Source: a virus
Taxonomy: Duplodnaviria; Caudoviricetes
Length of the DNA stretch: 53,405 nt
Strand: one strand, 5' to 3'
Virus record (IMG/VR): IMGVR_UViG_3300042402_002711
Span: 1 to 53,405 of that record
Shown here: piece after piece, positions 28,149 through 37,370 of the stretch
Numbering within the stretch: the stretch's first letter is position 1
Layout of the letters: each line of letters begins with the position of its first letter
Notes under the pieces: generated by a model
The model's input: the letters and a program-made list of their open reading frames with translations, nothing else
Told to the model about the DNA's origin: nothing
Databases searched by the model: none
Made by a program: the position numbers and the translations under genes

Positions 28149-28693
28149 TCGAGAGATTCAATATTTACGGTTTTATATGCAAAATTACAGGACACCATCA
28201 TTGGATCTATCTCGGTCATACCGGAATTAAATTCAAAAGACATGAGACTTGTAGGGTAACATCGGCTAAATGTAAACTTTTTCTTTAATTTCTTTGCGTT
28301 GCTGTATATTAGCACAATTATTTCTGAATAAAGATCGGCTGCTGTAACTCCTCCTTCGTTTTCGGAATTTGGTGTTATTGTAGTCATCCAATCGTAAATT
28401 TCTTTCCAGTTATCCATGTTTTCGTCTATGGTGAAATTTACGACAATTTGATCGGATATATCAAGGGCGGATGGTATTGATGTTCTTGGAAATCCAGCAA
28501 AGCCAACATCCATAGAGTTGATGTTTATCGAAGGTATGCTTACAGTTTGTATGAAATGTGTAATCTTTGGTAGTCTGGGAATTACCACTCTAAAAGAAGT
28601 AGGACTAAGGTAGTTTGGTGTTGAAAAATATTTATTCGGTCCTCTTGTTAGAGGAGCATAGTCAGAAAAATCAGTGTATGTTGGTTCAGCCAT
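28145..28693 (-). CDS. gp3: Tail completion / tube terminator gp3-like
   Basis: NYLSPTSF, FIQTVSIP, IDENMDNWKEIYDWM and YPTSL tube-fold motifs. Sits between gp23 and uvsY. Confidence 0.82.
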   Translation of the reverse strand: MAEPTYTDFSDYAPLTRGPNKYFSTPNYLSPTSFRVVIPRLPKITHFIQTVSIPSININSMDVGFAGFPRTSIPSALDISDQIVVNFTIDENMDNWKEIYDWMTTITPNSENEGGVTAADLYSEIIVLIYSNAKKLKKKFTFSRCYPTSLMSFEFNSGMTEIDPMMVSCNFAYKTVNIESLD

Positions 28694-28708
28694 AGGATTC
28701 TCCCATTG

Positions 28709-28715
28709 TATGTAT
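28709..28715 (-). promoter_or_regulatory. Putative late promoter ATACATA
   Basis: Directly after the gp23 terminator, 16 nt before the ATG. Confidence 0.65.
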
Positions 28716-28717
28716 CC

Positions 28718-28749
28718 AAAAGAAAGCAGGGGAGGTTTCCCTCCCCTGC
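28718..28749 (-). terminator. Intrinsic terminator after gp23
   Basis: Perfect 10-bp stem GCAGGGGAGG-GAAA-CCTCCCCTGC followed by TTTCTTTT. Confidence 0.93.
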
Positions 28750-28787
28750 CTCTACAAGACCTTAGAATCTACTCTTCTCTACCTAGA

Positions 28788-30206
28788 TCAGTTGGTGAAA
28801 CCGTGTAGGTTTGTTACTTGGAAGATGCGGTAGTAGGAGTTTGTACGAGCCTCTACACCGTTTGTATAGTTTAGAACAGATGTGGAGGTTGTAGCAAACG
28901 GATTTGCTGCAATACCGTAACGAGTCTTGAAGCCGATCTTTGGCTGGAAGGTCGTTGGGTCGATTGCACGAACCATTTGTAGTGGAACATATGGGCAGTA
29001 GAAGAAGCCTGCATCATATTGTGAGGTTCCCTTATAACCTACTACACAGAAGTCGGTTCCTGCTGGTGCATATGGGTCGATATAGACCTTAAAGCGACCG
29101 ATTGTTCCGATGAATGTGGTTCCTGTATCGTCTACATCCTTGCCGAATGCGCCTGACTGATTGGACTCAAGGAGTCCTGTCATAGAGAGGGCAGCAGCAA
29201 CATCGGAAGAGCAGATAAGAACATTGCCCTTGCCACGACGAGTTTCCTTTGCGATAACATTGGCTTCACGCTCAATCTGGAAGAACAGACCACGGAAGCG
29301 TTCTGCACTCCAACGACCGTCTGATTCGGTCTGAATATCGAATGCACCACTTGTTGCCATGCCCTGATTAGTAAGAGCACCAAGTTTGGCAATCTGATAG
29401 ATTGTACGAACAACTTCACGATTGATTTCAGAAAGAACTTCGTTCGTGAGGATGTTTGCCAACTCTGTTTCAACATCAAGTCCGTGAACAGCCTTGAGGT
29501 CTTGGGCGATTTCAGAAGAGTACGATGCCTGTAGTGCACGGGAACGAGCAACAACAGATGTACGCTCAATTGAGAAGCCCATCTCTGCAAAGCCATTTCC
29601 ACTTCTAGCATCTTCCATATACTGCGTAGTGGAAGCGATACCAGAGTATGCACTTATGCCCGTTACACCGTCTGTATCATTTACAAGTAAATTGAGTGCA
29701 ATCTGTGCACTGGTGAAGTTTTGAGGGACTCCTGTACCGGATGTCCAACCGAATCCGTAAGTACCACCGAAGCCAGGACCTGTACCTGAGTAGTGGGTCA
29801 GAGGTTCATCCAAGCCCATTGCTTCTGTTTGTGAAGTGCTTGGGTTGCTTCCTGTGTTGTTGTAACGGCTCTTCATGCAGAAGATAAGGCCAGTTGGGGC
29901 TGTCATTGGCTGAACGCCGCAGACATCATATGCAATGAGATTTGGCATTGCACGACGAACGAGTGAGATCATCACTGGATCGAATGCTGCAAGTGCTCCG
30001 TTGCCGCTTGGATTTGCAAGGTTGTTTACGCCACCAAGTACTGCATTGTATGGTGCAGCCTCGTTGAGTGCGTTTTGCTGATTCTCAAGCATGAGGGCAG
30101 TAACGCTCTTGCGGTAGGGATCTTTGATTGCACCAAGTTCGGAATGCTCAAGAATTGGCTTCCACTTCTTTAGTGCTTGTTCTGTTAAGAATGCTGTCGT
30201 GTCCAT
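28788..30206 (-). CDS. gp23: Major capsid protein gp23
   Basis: ISLVRRAMPNLIAYDVCGVQPMTAPTGLIF, AQDLKAVHGLD, YCPYVPL and FQPKIGFKTRYG. Confidence 0.98.
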   Translation of the reverse strand: MDTTAFLTEQALKKWKPILEHSELGAIKDPYRKSVTALMLENQQNALNEAAPYNAVLGGVNNLANPSGNGALAAFDPVMISLVRRAMPNLIAYDVCGVQPMTAPTGLIFCMKSRYNNTGSNPSTSQTEAMGLDEPLTHYSGTGPGFGGTYGFGWTSGTGVPQNFTSAQIALNLLVNDTDGVTGISAYSGIASTTQYMEDARSGNGFAEMGFSIERTSVVARSRALQASYSSEIAQDLKAVHGLDVETELANILTNEVLSEINREVVRTIYQIAKLGALTNQGMATSGAFDIQTESDGRWSAERFRGLFFQIEREANVIAKETRRGKGNVLICSSDVAAALSMTGLLESNQSGAFGKDVDDTGTTFIGTIGRFKVYIDPYAPAGTDFCVVGYKGTSQYDAGFFYCPYVPLQMVRAIDPTTFQPKIGFKTRYGIAANPFATTSTSVLNYTNGVEARTNSYYRIFQVTNLHGFTN

Positions 30207-30242
30207 TTTCTCTTTCTCCTTTGAAGATTGTAGATTCTTTGG

Positions 30243-30249
30243 TATGTAG
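30243..30249 (-). promoter_or_regulatory. Putative late promoter CTACATA for gp23
   Basis: The only late-promoter-like heptamer in the gp22-gp23 gap. Confidence 0.7.
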
Positions 30250-30267
30250 TTTTTTTATATCTTTGAC

Positions 30268-31257
30268 TTACTTGTTGCGGCGAACCATTGCTTTTAGATA
30301 AGCAGCAACATCCGATGTGCTCTCTGTGAGAACTTCTGCTTCTGTTGTCTCTTCAACCTGTACTGTTGATACAGGAGAAGATGTCTTGCTCAAGTAGTTT
30401 TCACGGAGAATTCCTATTTTTGTCTGGAACTCATCGTTTGATGAGTATTCCATATTCTCTGCAAGATTACGAAGACGCTCTACTTGTGTATCCGAGAGTC
30501 CTTCTGTGGTTGTTGCAAAGATTTCTGCTCTCTTGTACTTGTTGAGTTCTTCTGAAAGATTCATTGTCTTTTGAATCTGACGGTTCAACTGCTCTGTGAC
30601 CTTTTGAAGATTTGACGCAGTTTCGTCTAGAAGATCAGTTTGACCTTCTGGAACTTCAATGTTGTGTTCTACGAAAAGATTCTTTAGACCAGAGATAAAT
30701 GACTCTGCGATATCTGTACGAATACCACGCTCAACTGCAAGTTTATTCTCTTCCATCCATTCAGAGATAACATAGTTGAGATAGGAGTCAACCTTTTCTG
30801 TAAGGTCGTTGGTAATAGATTCAACTTCAGACTCTAGAAGTTCTGTGAACTTTGCGGCAAGTTTTTCTTCCACAAGAGAAACACGAGAATTTACTGCTGC
30901 TTCAAAGAGAGTACTAGCCTTCAATTTGAAATCTTCTGATAGTTCTTGTCCAGAGAAAAGAGCGTCCATAGACTCTTTCATCGAGTCCTCTTCATCTTCC
31001 ATTTCCTCTTCGTCTTCCATTTCCTCTTCGTCTTCCATTTCCTCTTCGGTCATTTTAGACTTGGAATAGCCCTCTTCCATTTCCTCTGTGTCGTCTTCAG
31101 ACTCGTCAGATTCCATGTCGTATTCATCTTGCATTTGTCCACGCTGTGCCTTGGAAAGAGACTTCATGGTTTTTGTTTCTTCCATCTTGTGCTTTCCACA
31201 AGTTTCGCACATCTCTTCTTCTTCCATTTCTTCATACTTTTTTGGATTCTTTGCCAT
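30268..31257 (-). CDS. gp22: Prohead core scaffold gp22
   Basis: LSEDFKLKASTLFEAAV and KVDSYLNYVISEWMEENKLAVERG. Acidic N-terminus. Confidence 0.93.
   Translation of the reverse strand: MAKNPKKYEEMEEEEMCETCGKHKMEETKTMKSLSKAQRGQMQDEYDMESDESEDDTEEMEEGYSKSKMTEEEMEDEEEMEDEEEMEDEEDSMKESMDALFSGQELSEDFKLKASTLFEAAVNSRVSLVEEKLAAKFTELLESEVESITNDLTEKVDSYLNYVISEWMEENKLAVERGIRTDIAESFISGLKNLFVEHNIEVPEGQTDLLDETASNLQKVTEQLNRQIQKTMNLSEELNKYKRAEIFATTTEGLSDTQVERLRNLAENMEYSSNDEFQTKIGILRENYLSKTSSPVSTVQVEETTEAEVLTESTSDVAAYLKAMVRRNK
30995..31048. repeat. Three perfect 18-bp tandem repeats (EEEMED) in gp22
   Basis: tcttccatttcctcttcg occurs three times in tandem. Confidence 0.9.
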
Positions 31258-31308
31258 TGGTAATGCTCCCGTGCTTTCTAAGGTTTCATTGCTTTCATAT
31301 ATATAATC

Positions 31309-31959
31309 TCACAGTTTTGACAGAAAATCTCTGAAAACTGTGAGAGCGTTCTCTTCAAGTTTACGGGAAGATGACGCTTTTATTACTTTTTTGTACTCTG
31401 CTATGATTTGTTCTTTAATGATGCCGTTTTCCCATACCCACTGCTTGCCTTCCATGATGCCGTTTACAAAAGCATTTGGTGCAGAAGGATCTGCAACAAT
31501 ATCAACAGTTGAGAGCATAAAATCATCTTGAACATAGTTTACGCCGTTCTTTTCTTGCAAAGAACCCATGCCTCTGCTTGATACTCCAAGACGGCATCCT
31601 TCATCCAATAGCGATTTGGCGATTTTACCCATCTCTGTATTTGTAAGAATTTTAGCCTTACCGTATACCTCTTTACCCTCCACACGCAAATCTTTGATAA
31701 GATGTGATACTCTTTCAAGATTTACTGTTGGTCCTTCTGGATGTCCCAATTCTCCCATCGCTCTATTCTTTTTGACAAATTCTTCATTATAACGCTTCAC
31801 TTCATTTGAAAGAATCTCTTGAGGGTATACTCTACCGTTTCTATTTTTTACTTCAGACTGCATGAATATGCCTTCAATGAAGTACTGCTTTTCTCCTTTT
31901 TCGGATGCCTCCGTTAAGAAGTTGATTGTATCGTGGTTCGTTTCGATAATAAGAAACAT
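31309..31959 (-). CDS. gp21: Prohead protease gp21
   Basis: NRNGRVYP, GELGHP, GVSSRGMGS and DIVADPSAPNA. Confidence 0.97.
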   Translation of the reverse strand: MFLIIETNHDTINFLTEASEKGEKQYFIEGIFMQSEVKNRNGRVYPQEILSNEVKRYNEEFVKKNRAMGELGHPEGPTVNLERVSHLIKDLRVEGKEVYGKAKILTNTEMGKIAKSLLDEGCRLGVSSRGMGSLQEKNGVNYVQDDFMLSTVDIVADPSAPNAFVNGIMEGKQWVWENGIIKEQIIAEYKKVIKASSSRKLEENALTVFRDFLSKL

Positions 31960-32126
31960 TATTCTTCCTTTTTGTCTTTATTGTAAAGAGAATCTCTTAT
32001 CTCTGACTCTCTTTGTGATATAGCATCTGATACTTTTTGAGCCAAAATCACATGAAGATTCTCTTTAGCCTGAACTGCGTTATCTTCGGAAGCATTCTTT
32101 AAAAAATCAACAATATGAGTATTCAT
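31959..32126 (-). CDS. Small prohead core protein (gp67-like)
   Basis: 55 aa, below the ORF-track cutoff: MNTHIVDFLKNASEDNAVQAKENLHVILAQKVSDAISQRESEIRDSLYNKDKKEE. SD AAGGAG, TAATG coupling to gp21, ATACATA at 32143-32149. Confidence 0.75.
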   Translation of the reverse strand: MNTHIVDFLKNASEDNAVQAKENLHVILAQKVSDAISQRESEIRDSLYNKDKKEE

Positions 32127-32155
32127 TTATTTCTCCTTGAATTATGTATAAAAGG

Positions 32156-34087
32156 TTAACTTTCTCTATTCTTTTCTAATACTGATTTGAGAACTGCTTT
32201 TGCCACAGGAGAAACCCTGTTTTTATTTGAATTTACAGCAGACTCCGTTATTAGAACTGGATTTTCTGCCTTGACACCAAACGCTTCATTGTAGTAATCA
32301 ATCATGTCTTCTATATCTTCTTTAGAAGGAACAGATTTCTCTGTTGTTTCTTCCTCTTCTGTTTCTTCTTCTGTTCCACCAGATATTGTCGAATCCAGGT
32401 CTGCCATAAGAGCGTCTATATCTTCCATCGACTCACCTTCAGGTGCTTCTTCTGATTCTAGTCCTTCTAGAGGACTTGGTTGTTCAGGTGGAATCGGGCT
32501 TGGAGCACCCTCCAGAGGCTGTCCATCGGGTCCAATAGGCATTCCTGCCTGTTCTGGTGATATCTGTTGTTCTGACGCTTCACGGTCGATTTCTTTCTTC
32601 ATATCTTCAATTGCATCTTCAGACATTTGGAGAATATTCTTCTTCACCCAGTGTTGAGAGAAGAATCTACCAATATAAGGTTCAACTTCTCTGAGAGTTC
32701 CTAGACGAGCAAGTTTCATTTCGTTTTCTTTCAACTCTGCGAAATACTGGTCTGTGGCATAATCAAAAGAGAAATCATATGAAAATTCTTCCCATTCTTC
32801 TTTATTGATAATATTTTTCGATATCAATTGAACACGCAAAATCTGTAGAAATAGTTCAGAGAACTTCGCCTGTAATCTGCTGATAAATTTCGCAAACCGA
32901 ACTTCATCACGGGAAATTTCAGAAGCCTTACCCATATTGAAGCCTGTGTCTTCTTTAAATCTTGATGGAGGAACATGAAGAGATGAGTAGAGTTTCTTCT
33001 GGAAGAATTCTACATCTTGCATCTCTCCAAGATTCTGACCGCCAGGTAGAGTTTGTATTTCTGTTCCTTTACCGCCTTCACGACGAGGCATCCAGAAGTC
33101 TTCAAGCATTGACATATGTCGTTTTTCGTCACGCAATTCTCCTGTTGTTGTGTCGTATACAAGTTTATTCTTGTATCTCTGCATGATCTCACGGAGATAT
33201 TGCTCTGACTTGTTCTTGGGCAAAGAACCAACATCAATATAGAATATACGACGCTCTGGTGCACGGGATATTCTGTAGATTACTACGGCATCTTCAAGCA
33301 TTCTTAATTGGTTTAAAGGCTTGATTGCCTTGTGGAGATAGCCTAATACCTTTTTAGTACTAGGATCTATGAATCCTGAATTGATATAGGCAATAGAGTC
33401 AGGAGAAAGGATTATACCTTCAGTGCTATAGCGATAATTGATTGTGTCTTTGCCATTTCCTATGTAATCTTCGGCAGTATACAGATAGTATTCCTGAATC
33501 TTTTTGATAAACTTGATTCCATTTTCGTTTATTTCACGCTCAAGATTTCTTATTTTCTGTATCTTTGTAGAATCGACAATTCGCAATTCGGCTATTCCTT
33601 CTTTTTGATTCTTCTCGTTCATAAGAATCTGTAGATATAGCCTTCCGTCAATGTACCATCTTCGGAACAGTTCATTTCCTCTAGTATTAAACTTGAGAAG
33701 ACGCATTACTTTTTCAAATTCTGCGTGTATCTTTTTCTTTACAGGAGCAGGAATTTTAACCTTGTCTAGATTTAAACTGACTGGTTCTATTCTTTCGTTC
33801 AGTACTATTGCTTGATTTATGATATCGTCTATAGCATTCTGTACTTCTGCGTGTTCCGCCATTTGCCTATATCGCATAATGAGTTCTGCATCAGAACGAT
33901 AGGCAATATCATAGTTTATTAGTTGAACACCGAATCCATATCCACCAACAAAATCAACAACAGAAGCACCGTCTTCGAGATCTGGAGGAATAAACGATTT
34001 GACAGGTTGTAGAGTTCCCTGCATTTGCGGTAACTCTTTTGGTGTAGTTTTCTTTCCTAGTTCAAATCCAAATATATTGATAGCCAT
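32156..34087 (-). CDS. gp20: Portal protein gp20 with long acidic C-terminal extension
   Basis: FRRWYIDGR, YLHKAIKPLNQLRMLEDAVVIYRISRAPERRIFYIDVG and EDFWMPRREGG. Confidence 0.97.
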   Translation of the reverse strand: MAINIFGFELGKKTTPKELPQMQGTLQPVKSFIPPDLEDGASVVDFVGGYGFGVQLINYDIAYRSDAELIMRYRQMAEHAEVQNAIDDIINQAIVLNERIEPVSLNLDKVKIPAPVKKKIHAEFEKVMRLLKFNTRGNELFRRWYIDGRLYLQILMNEKNQKEGIAELRIVDSTKIQKIRNLEREINENGIKFIKKIQEYYLYTAEDYIGNGKDTINYRYSTEGIILSPDSIAYINSGFIDPSTKKVLGYLHKAIKPLNQLRMLEDAVVIYRISRAPERRIFYIDVGSLPKNKSEQYLREIMQRYKNKLVYDTTTGELRDEKRHMSMLEDFWMPRREGGKGTEIQTLPGGQNLGEMQDVEFFQKKLYSSLHVPPSRFKEDTGFNMGKASEISRDEVRFAKFISRLQAKFSELFLQILRVQLISKNIINKEEWEEFSYDFSFDYATDQYFAELKENEMKLARLGTLREVEPYIGRFFSQHWVKKNILQMSEDAIEDMKKEIDREASEQQISPEQAGMPIGPDGQPLEGAPSPIPPEQPSPLEGLESEEAPEGESMEDIDALMADLDSTISGGTEEETEEEETTEKSVPSKEDIEDMIDYYNEAFGVKAENPVLITESAVNSNKNRVSPVAKAVLKSVLEKNRES

Positions 34088-34109
34088 TATTTATGACCTC
34101 CTGTTCACT

Positions 34110-34116
34110 TATCTAG
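34110..34116 (-). promoter_or_regulatory. Putative late promoter CTAGATA for gp20
   Basis: Intergenic variant of the heptamer, upstream of SD GGAGG. Confidence 0.5.
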
Positions 34117-34117
34117 G

Positions 34118-34687
34118 TTATGAATTGAACTGTCCAGGAATTGTAGGAAATAAACCTAGACCACCTCCACCGCCACCTCCAGCACCCCCGCCGCCTCCAC
34201 CTTGTACGGTATGATATGAATAATTAAATGTTACTTGATACTCAAGAGGTGCAGTCTGTTCATCGAAGGATAGATCAACAGATGCAATACTTGTAGGAAA
34301 AGCACCAAAAAGAATGTAAGTCATGGATGGAGAGTTGTTATTCTTTAGTAGTTTAACAGTTATATCGACCATTTGGTCTGGTTTTCTCAATCCGCTTTCT
34401 GCATTGTCTAGTTCGTTCATCCAAGCCTCAAGCCTATTACGAACACCCATTTCCTCTGTTTCCATAATAGTCACAGTCCATTCAGAGAAGGTTCTCTGTC
34501 CTGGTACTTTGATTTTTCTTCCCCTGTATGGAACTTCAATCATTCCCAATTCTGATGCAGGAAGTTGGGTTCCTTTTCCGTTAAATTCTATGTCTGGCAA
34601 CTTGTTTGGAATAGAAATAGAGTACAGATTAGTTTTGGCTATACCCCTTTTGACAGTGCTTAATATTTCTGATATGGGTTTAGGCAT
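34118..34687 (-). CDS. gp19: Tail tube protein gp19 paralogue 2 (Gly-rich C-terminal extension)
   Basis: LPASELG, PYRGRKIKVPGQRTFSEWTVT and AFPTSI. Confidence 0.88.
   Translation of the reverse strand: MPKPISEILSTVKRGIAKTNLYSISIPNKLPDIEFNGKGTQLPASELGMIEVPYRGRKIKVPGQRTFSEWTVTIMETEEMGVRNRLEAWMNELDNAESGLRKPDQMVDITVKLLKNNNSPSMTYILFGAFPTSIASVDLSFDEQTAPLEYQVTFNYSYHTVQGGGGGGAGGGGGGGLGLFPTIPGQFNS
34238..34291. repeat. Perfect 54-bp direct repeat, copy 1
   Basis: atactcaagaggtgcagtctgttcatcgaaggatagatcaacagatgcaatact, identical to 34799-34852. Confidence 0.95.
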
Positions 34688-34697
34688 GGGTTCTCCA

Positions 34698-34730
34698 ATA
34701 CAAAGATACTGGTGTTTTGCACCAGTATCT
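34698..34730 (-). terminator. Hairpin (terminator/attenuator) between the two tube genes
   Basis: Perfect 11-bp stem AGATACTGGTG-CAAAA-CACCAGTATCT followed by TTGTATT. Confidence 0.7.
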
Positions 34731-34759
34731 ATGCTTTAGTCTAACTCTTTTTCTATAAA

Positions 34760-35263
34760 TCAAGAAACCTTATGGTATGTGTATTGGAATGTAACGGAAT
34801 ACTCAAGAGGTGCAGTCTGTTCATCGAAGGATAGATCAACAGATGCAATACTGCTTGGGAATGCTCCGTAAAGAGTATAGACGATTGAAGGGGTCGAATT
34901 GTCAGGCTTCAGAAGAGTGACTACTATTGTTGATAGAGCAGCAGTGTTTCTCTTTATTTGATCTTCCGAATCCATTACAGATATCCAGCGTTCAAATTGC
35001 TTACGCACAGCCATATCTGCGGTTTCCATGACAGTGACTGTCCACTCTGCAAATGTACGCTCCCCAGGAATCTTTACTTTTCTTCCTTTGTATGGTATTT
35101 CCATCATATTGATATCTGCGCTGGGAAGTTGTGTTCCCTTTGCACGAATATCAAGTCCTGGTACATTTACTGCTCCACCCTCTGGTCTGATTTCCAGTTT
35201 GTAGAGGTTTGTTTTTGCAGGATTTTTAAATCCCGAAATGAATCTATCTAGTGATTCTGCCAT
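34760..35263 (-). CDS. gp19: Tail tube protein gp19 paralogue 1
   Basis: PYKGRKVKIPGERTFAEWTVT and GAFPSSI. Directly after gp18. Confidence 0.92.
   Translation of the reverse strand: MAESLDRFISGFKNPAKTNLYKLEIRPEGGAVNVPGLDIRAKGTQLPSADINMMEIPYKGRKVKIPGERTFAEWTVTVMETADMAVRKQFERWISVMDSEDQIKRNTAALSTIVVTLLKPDNSTPSIVYTLYGAFPSSIASVDLSFDEQTAPLEYSVTFQYTYHKVS
34799..34852. repeat. Perfect 54-bp direct repeat, copy 2
   Basis: Identical to 34238-34291. Encodes SIASVDLSFDEQTAPLEY. Confidence 0.95.
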
Positions 35264-35282
35264 TTGATTTTACCTCTCTAAG

Positions 35283-37289
35283 TTAGACTGTGATGCTTGC
35301 GCCAACTTCAGAGAACTGAACATTGGAACGAGTTGCAATGAAGTTGAGTTGGATGAAATTGATCGAACGGTTTGGCTTGATGTAGATATCCGCTACAAAC
35401 TGATTCTTATCAATAACTTCTGCGGTGTTGTTTGTTTCATCGCATACAACTTTGAATTCGGTGATACCACGACGAGCCTGTACATCTCTTAGGAATGGTT
35501 CTACTATTCCAAGGAAGTTTGCACGGGTGAATTCATCGTTGAATTCGAAGAGTTGGAATTTTGCAGCAGTTGCTACTGCTTTTTCAAGAATGATAAACAG
35601 ACGACGGACATTGATACGGTCAAATGCGGAAGGTTTCGACAATAGAGTCTTGTCTCCAAAGAGCAGTGTTCCTTGTCCTGGTTGAGAGATAACGGGATTG
35701 ATGCTGTTTGCATACAGACCGTCACGGAGAGCCTTTGTTGGGTTGAACGCAAGTTTGACTACATTGCGGATTTGACCACGATTGTATCCCGCAGGAGAGA
35801 ACCAAGGATCGTCCGAAACATCTGTGCGGGCACAAAGACCAGCAATATCTGGATTTAGAGGCATCCAACGGAATGTATCGTAATACTTGTCATATTGGTA
35901 CTTCCAACCGCTATCAAGAACAGCATAAGAAGAGTTCTTGTTCAATTGATTCTTCTTAAAGTCAACAACATTGTCAAATGCTTCTGCTGGTGTTTTATCC
36001 TTTACATCGGTGATTTCGGGAGAAACAAATGCAACACAGTCTTTTCTCAATTCTGCAAGATCTATGATATATTTTCCTACTTCTTTGGAATGACTTCCTT
36101 GAAGGAGCAGAGAGACATCAACATTGTCGGTGTCTTTGAATAGATCATAACCTGTATAGATGTTTCCATCGGTAACAACAGGATCTGTGCCTCCTGTTAG
36201 GGAGACATACTTGTTTGTCTTTAGACTCTTGAAAGTTCCTGAACCTCCAATTTGGGCAAAAGTTGCACCCCAATTGGTGTTTTCGTTGTTGAGATCCGCA
36301 GATGCTGCATGAGAAATCCAACGGGTGTACTGTGAATCTTGAAGTTTTGTTGCATAGTAGTTATTGCTTCCATCTCCAAGAATTGCATTGGAAGCCTTGG
36401 AACCAATAAACGATTCAAGAACTGTTCCTGGTGCTCCTGTGAAAAGGCCGTCTTCGTCTATAACAACGAATGCTACTTCATCTCCTGTATATCCCTTGGA
36501 GGATGCAAGAGAACTTGTTCCGACTGTGTATGGAACAAAATTTGCGTATTTCCACACAAGAGATGCACTCTGTAGTCCTGTTAGTGCTGATTGGATTGCT
36601 GCGGTGTTTCCTCCAGCAGAAACCGTTATTGTGTATGGTTCGCTCAGAGTGTTGACAGAAGTAACTTCAAACTCTAGAGAAACATTTGGTGTTGCTGTTG
36701 GGGTAAACTTTAGGGTATCTCCAACGGCAGGAAGATCTATTTGGTTGTCTCTGTCTGCTCCAGTGATACCGATTTGTAGTGTTCCGTTGCCCCATGTTAA
36801 ACCGTTAGATCCAGCACCAGGAGCAAGGGCAGTAAAGGTAATTCCACGGTCAAAGTTATCTGAATATGATATCTTTAGACTGTTTCCGAGAATACCTGGA
36901 TACTTTGCACACAATACTCCAGGAAGAGAGGATACCTCTGTTCCATAATTTGTCAATTGATCGTATTCTGTGTCGTTCCAGAAGGAGTTTGCTGTTAATC
37001 CTCCCGTTGCTCCAGCGGCAAGAACGCCTGTGTTTGATGCACGAACAACCTGTAGTGCTGCTCCATATCCCAAGAAATTGGCAGCAGAGTAGAAAGACAA
37101 AACATTGCCTTCTGTTGGTTTGCCGAATTCAGAGACTAGTGCGTTTTCGGAATCAACGGTCACAATTTGTTCAACTGGACCCCATTTAAAATCACCGACA
37201 AACCCCGCAGTTGTGGTTGAAATTTGAGTCACCACCCCTGTACGGTCGATTTCTGTTATGTTTACTCCTGGACTGACTTGGAATGCCAT
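35283..37289 (-). CDS. gp18: Tail sheath protein gp18
   Basis: MAFQVSPGVNITEID, PWFSPAG, FDRINVRRLF and YIKPNRSINFIQLNF. SD AGGAG. Confidence 0.97.
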   Translation of the reverse strand: MAFQVSPGVNITEIDRTGVVTQISTTTAGFVGDFKWGPVEQIVTVDSENALVSEFGKPTEGNVLSFYSAANFLGYGAALQVVRASNTGVLAAGATGGLTANSFWNDTEYDQLTNYGTEVSSLPGVLCAKYPGILGNSLKISYSDNFDRGITFTALAPGAGSNGLTWGNGTLQIGITGADRDNQIDLPAVGDTLKFTPTATPNVSLEFEVTSVNTLSEPYTITVSAGGNTAAIQSALTGLQSASLVWKYANFVPYTVGTSSLASSKGYTGDEVAFVVIDEDGLFTGAPGTVLESFIGSKASNAILGDGSNNYYATKLQDSQYTRWISHAASADLNNENTNWGATFAQIGGSGTFKSLKTNKYVSLTGGTDPVVTDGNIYTGYDLFKDTDNVDVSLLLQGSHSKEVGKYIIDLAELRKDCVAFVSPEITDVKDKTPAEAFDNVVDFKKNQLNKNSSYAVLDSGWKYQYDKYYDTFRWMPLNPDIAGLCARTDVSDDPWFSPAGYNRGQIRNVVKLAFNPTKALRDGLYANSINPVISQPGQGTLLFGDKTLLSKPSAFDRINVRRLFIILEKAVATAAKFQLFEFNDEFTRANFLGIVEPFLRDVQARRGITEFKVVCDETNNTAEVIDKNQFVADIYIKPNRSINFIQLNFIATRSNVQFSEVGASITV

Positions 37290-37338
37290 GTGCGCTCTCC
37301 TTCTAGGCAAAATCAAAGATTGTTTTTAGTTCTCCCTG

Positions 37339-37345
37339 TATGTAT
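37339..37345 (-). promoter_or_regulatory. Putative late promoter ATACATA for gp18
   Basis: Intergenic, between gp17 and gp18. Confidence 0.7.
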
Positions 37346-37370
37346 AAAACAAGAAACTTAGATTTTATCC

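Noticed and set aside
30995-31048. 18-bp tandem repeat in gp22 as a phase-variation element
   Set aside because: It is an in-frame acidic low-complexity expansion, common in scaffold N-termini.
34088-34094. ATAAATA immediately before the gp20 ATG
   Set aside because: It lies between the SD and the start codon, so it is too close to act as the promoter for an SD-led transcript.
34238-34852. 54-bp repeat as a DGR template/variable pair or an att site
   Set aside because: There are no adenine-specific mismatches, no reverse transcriptase or integrase in the window, and both copies lie at equivalent positions in paralogous genes.
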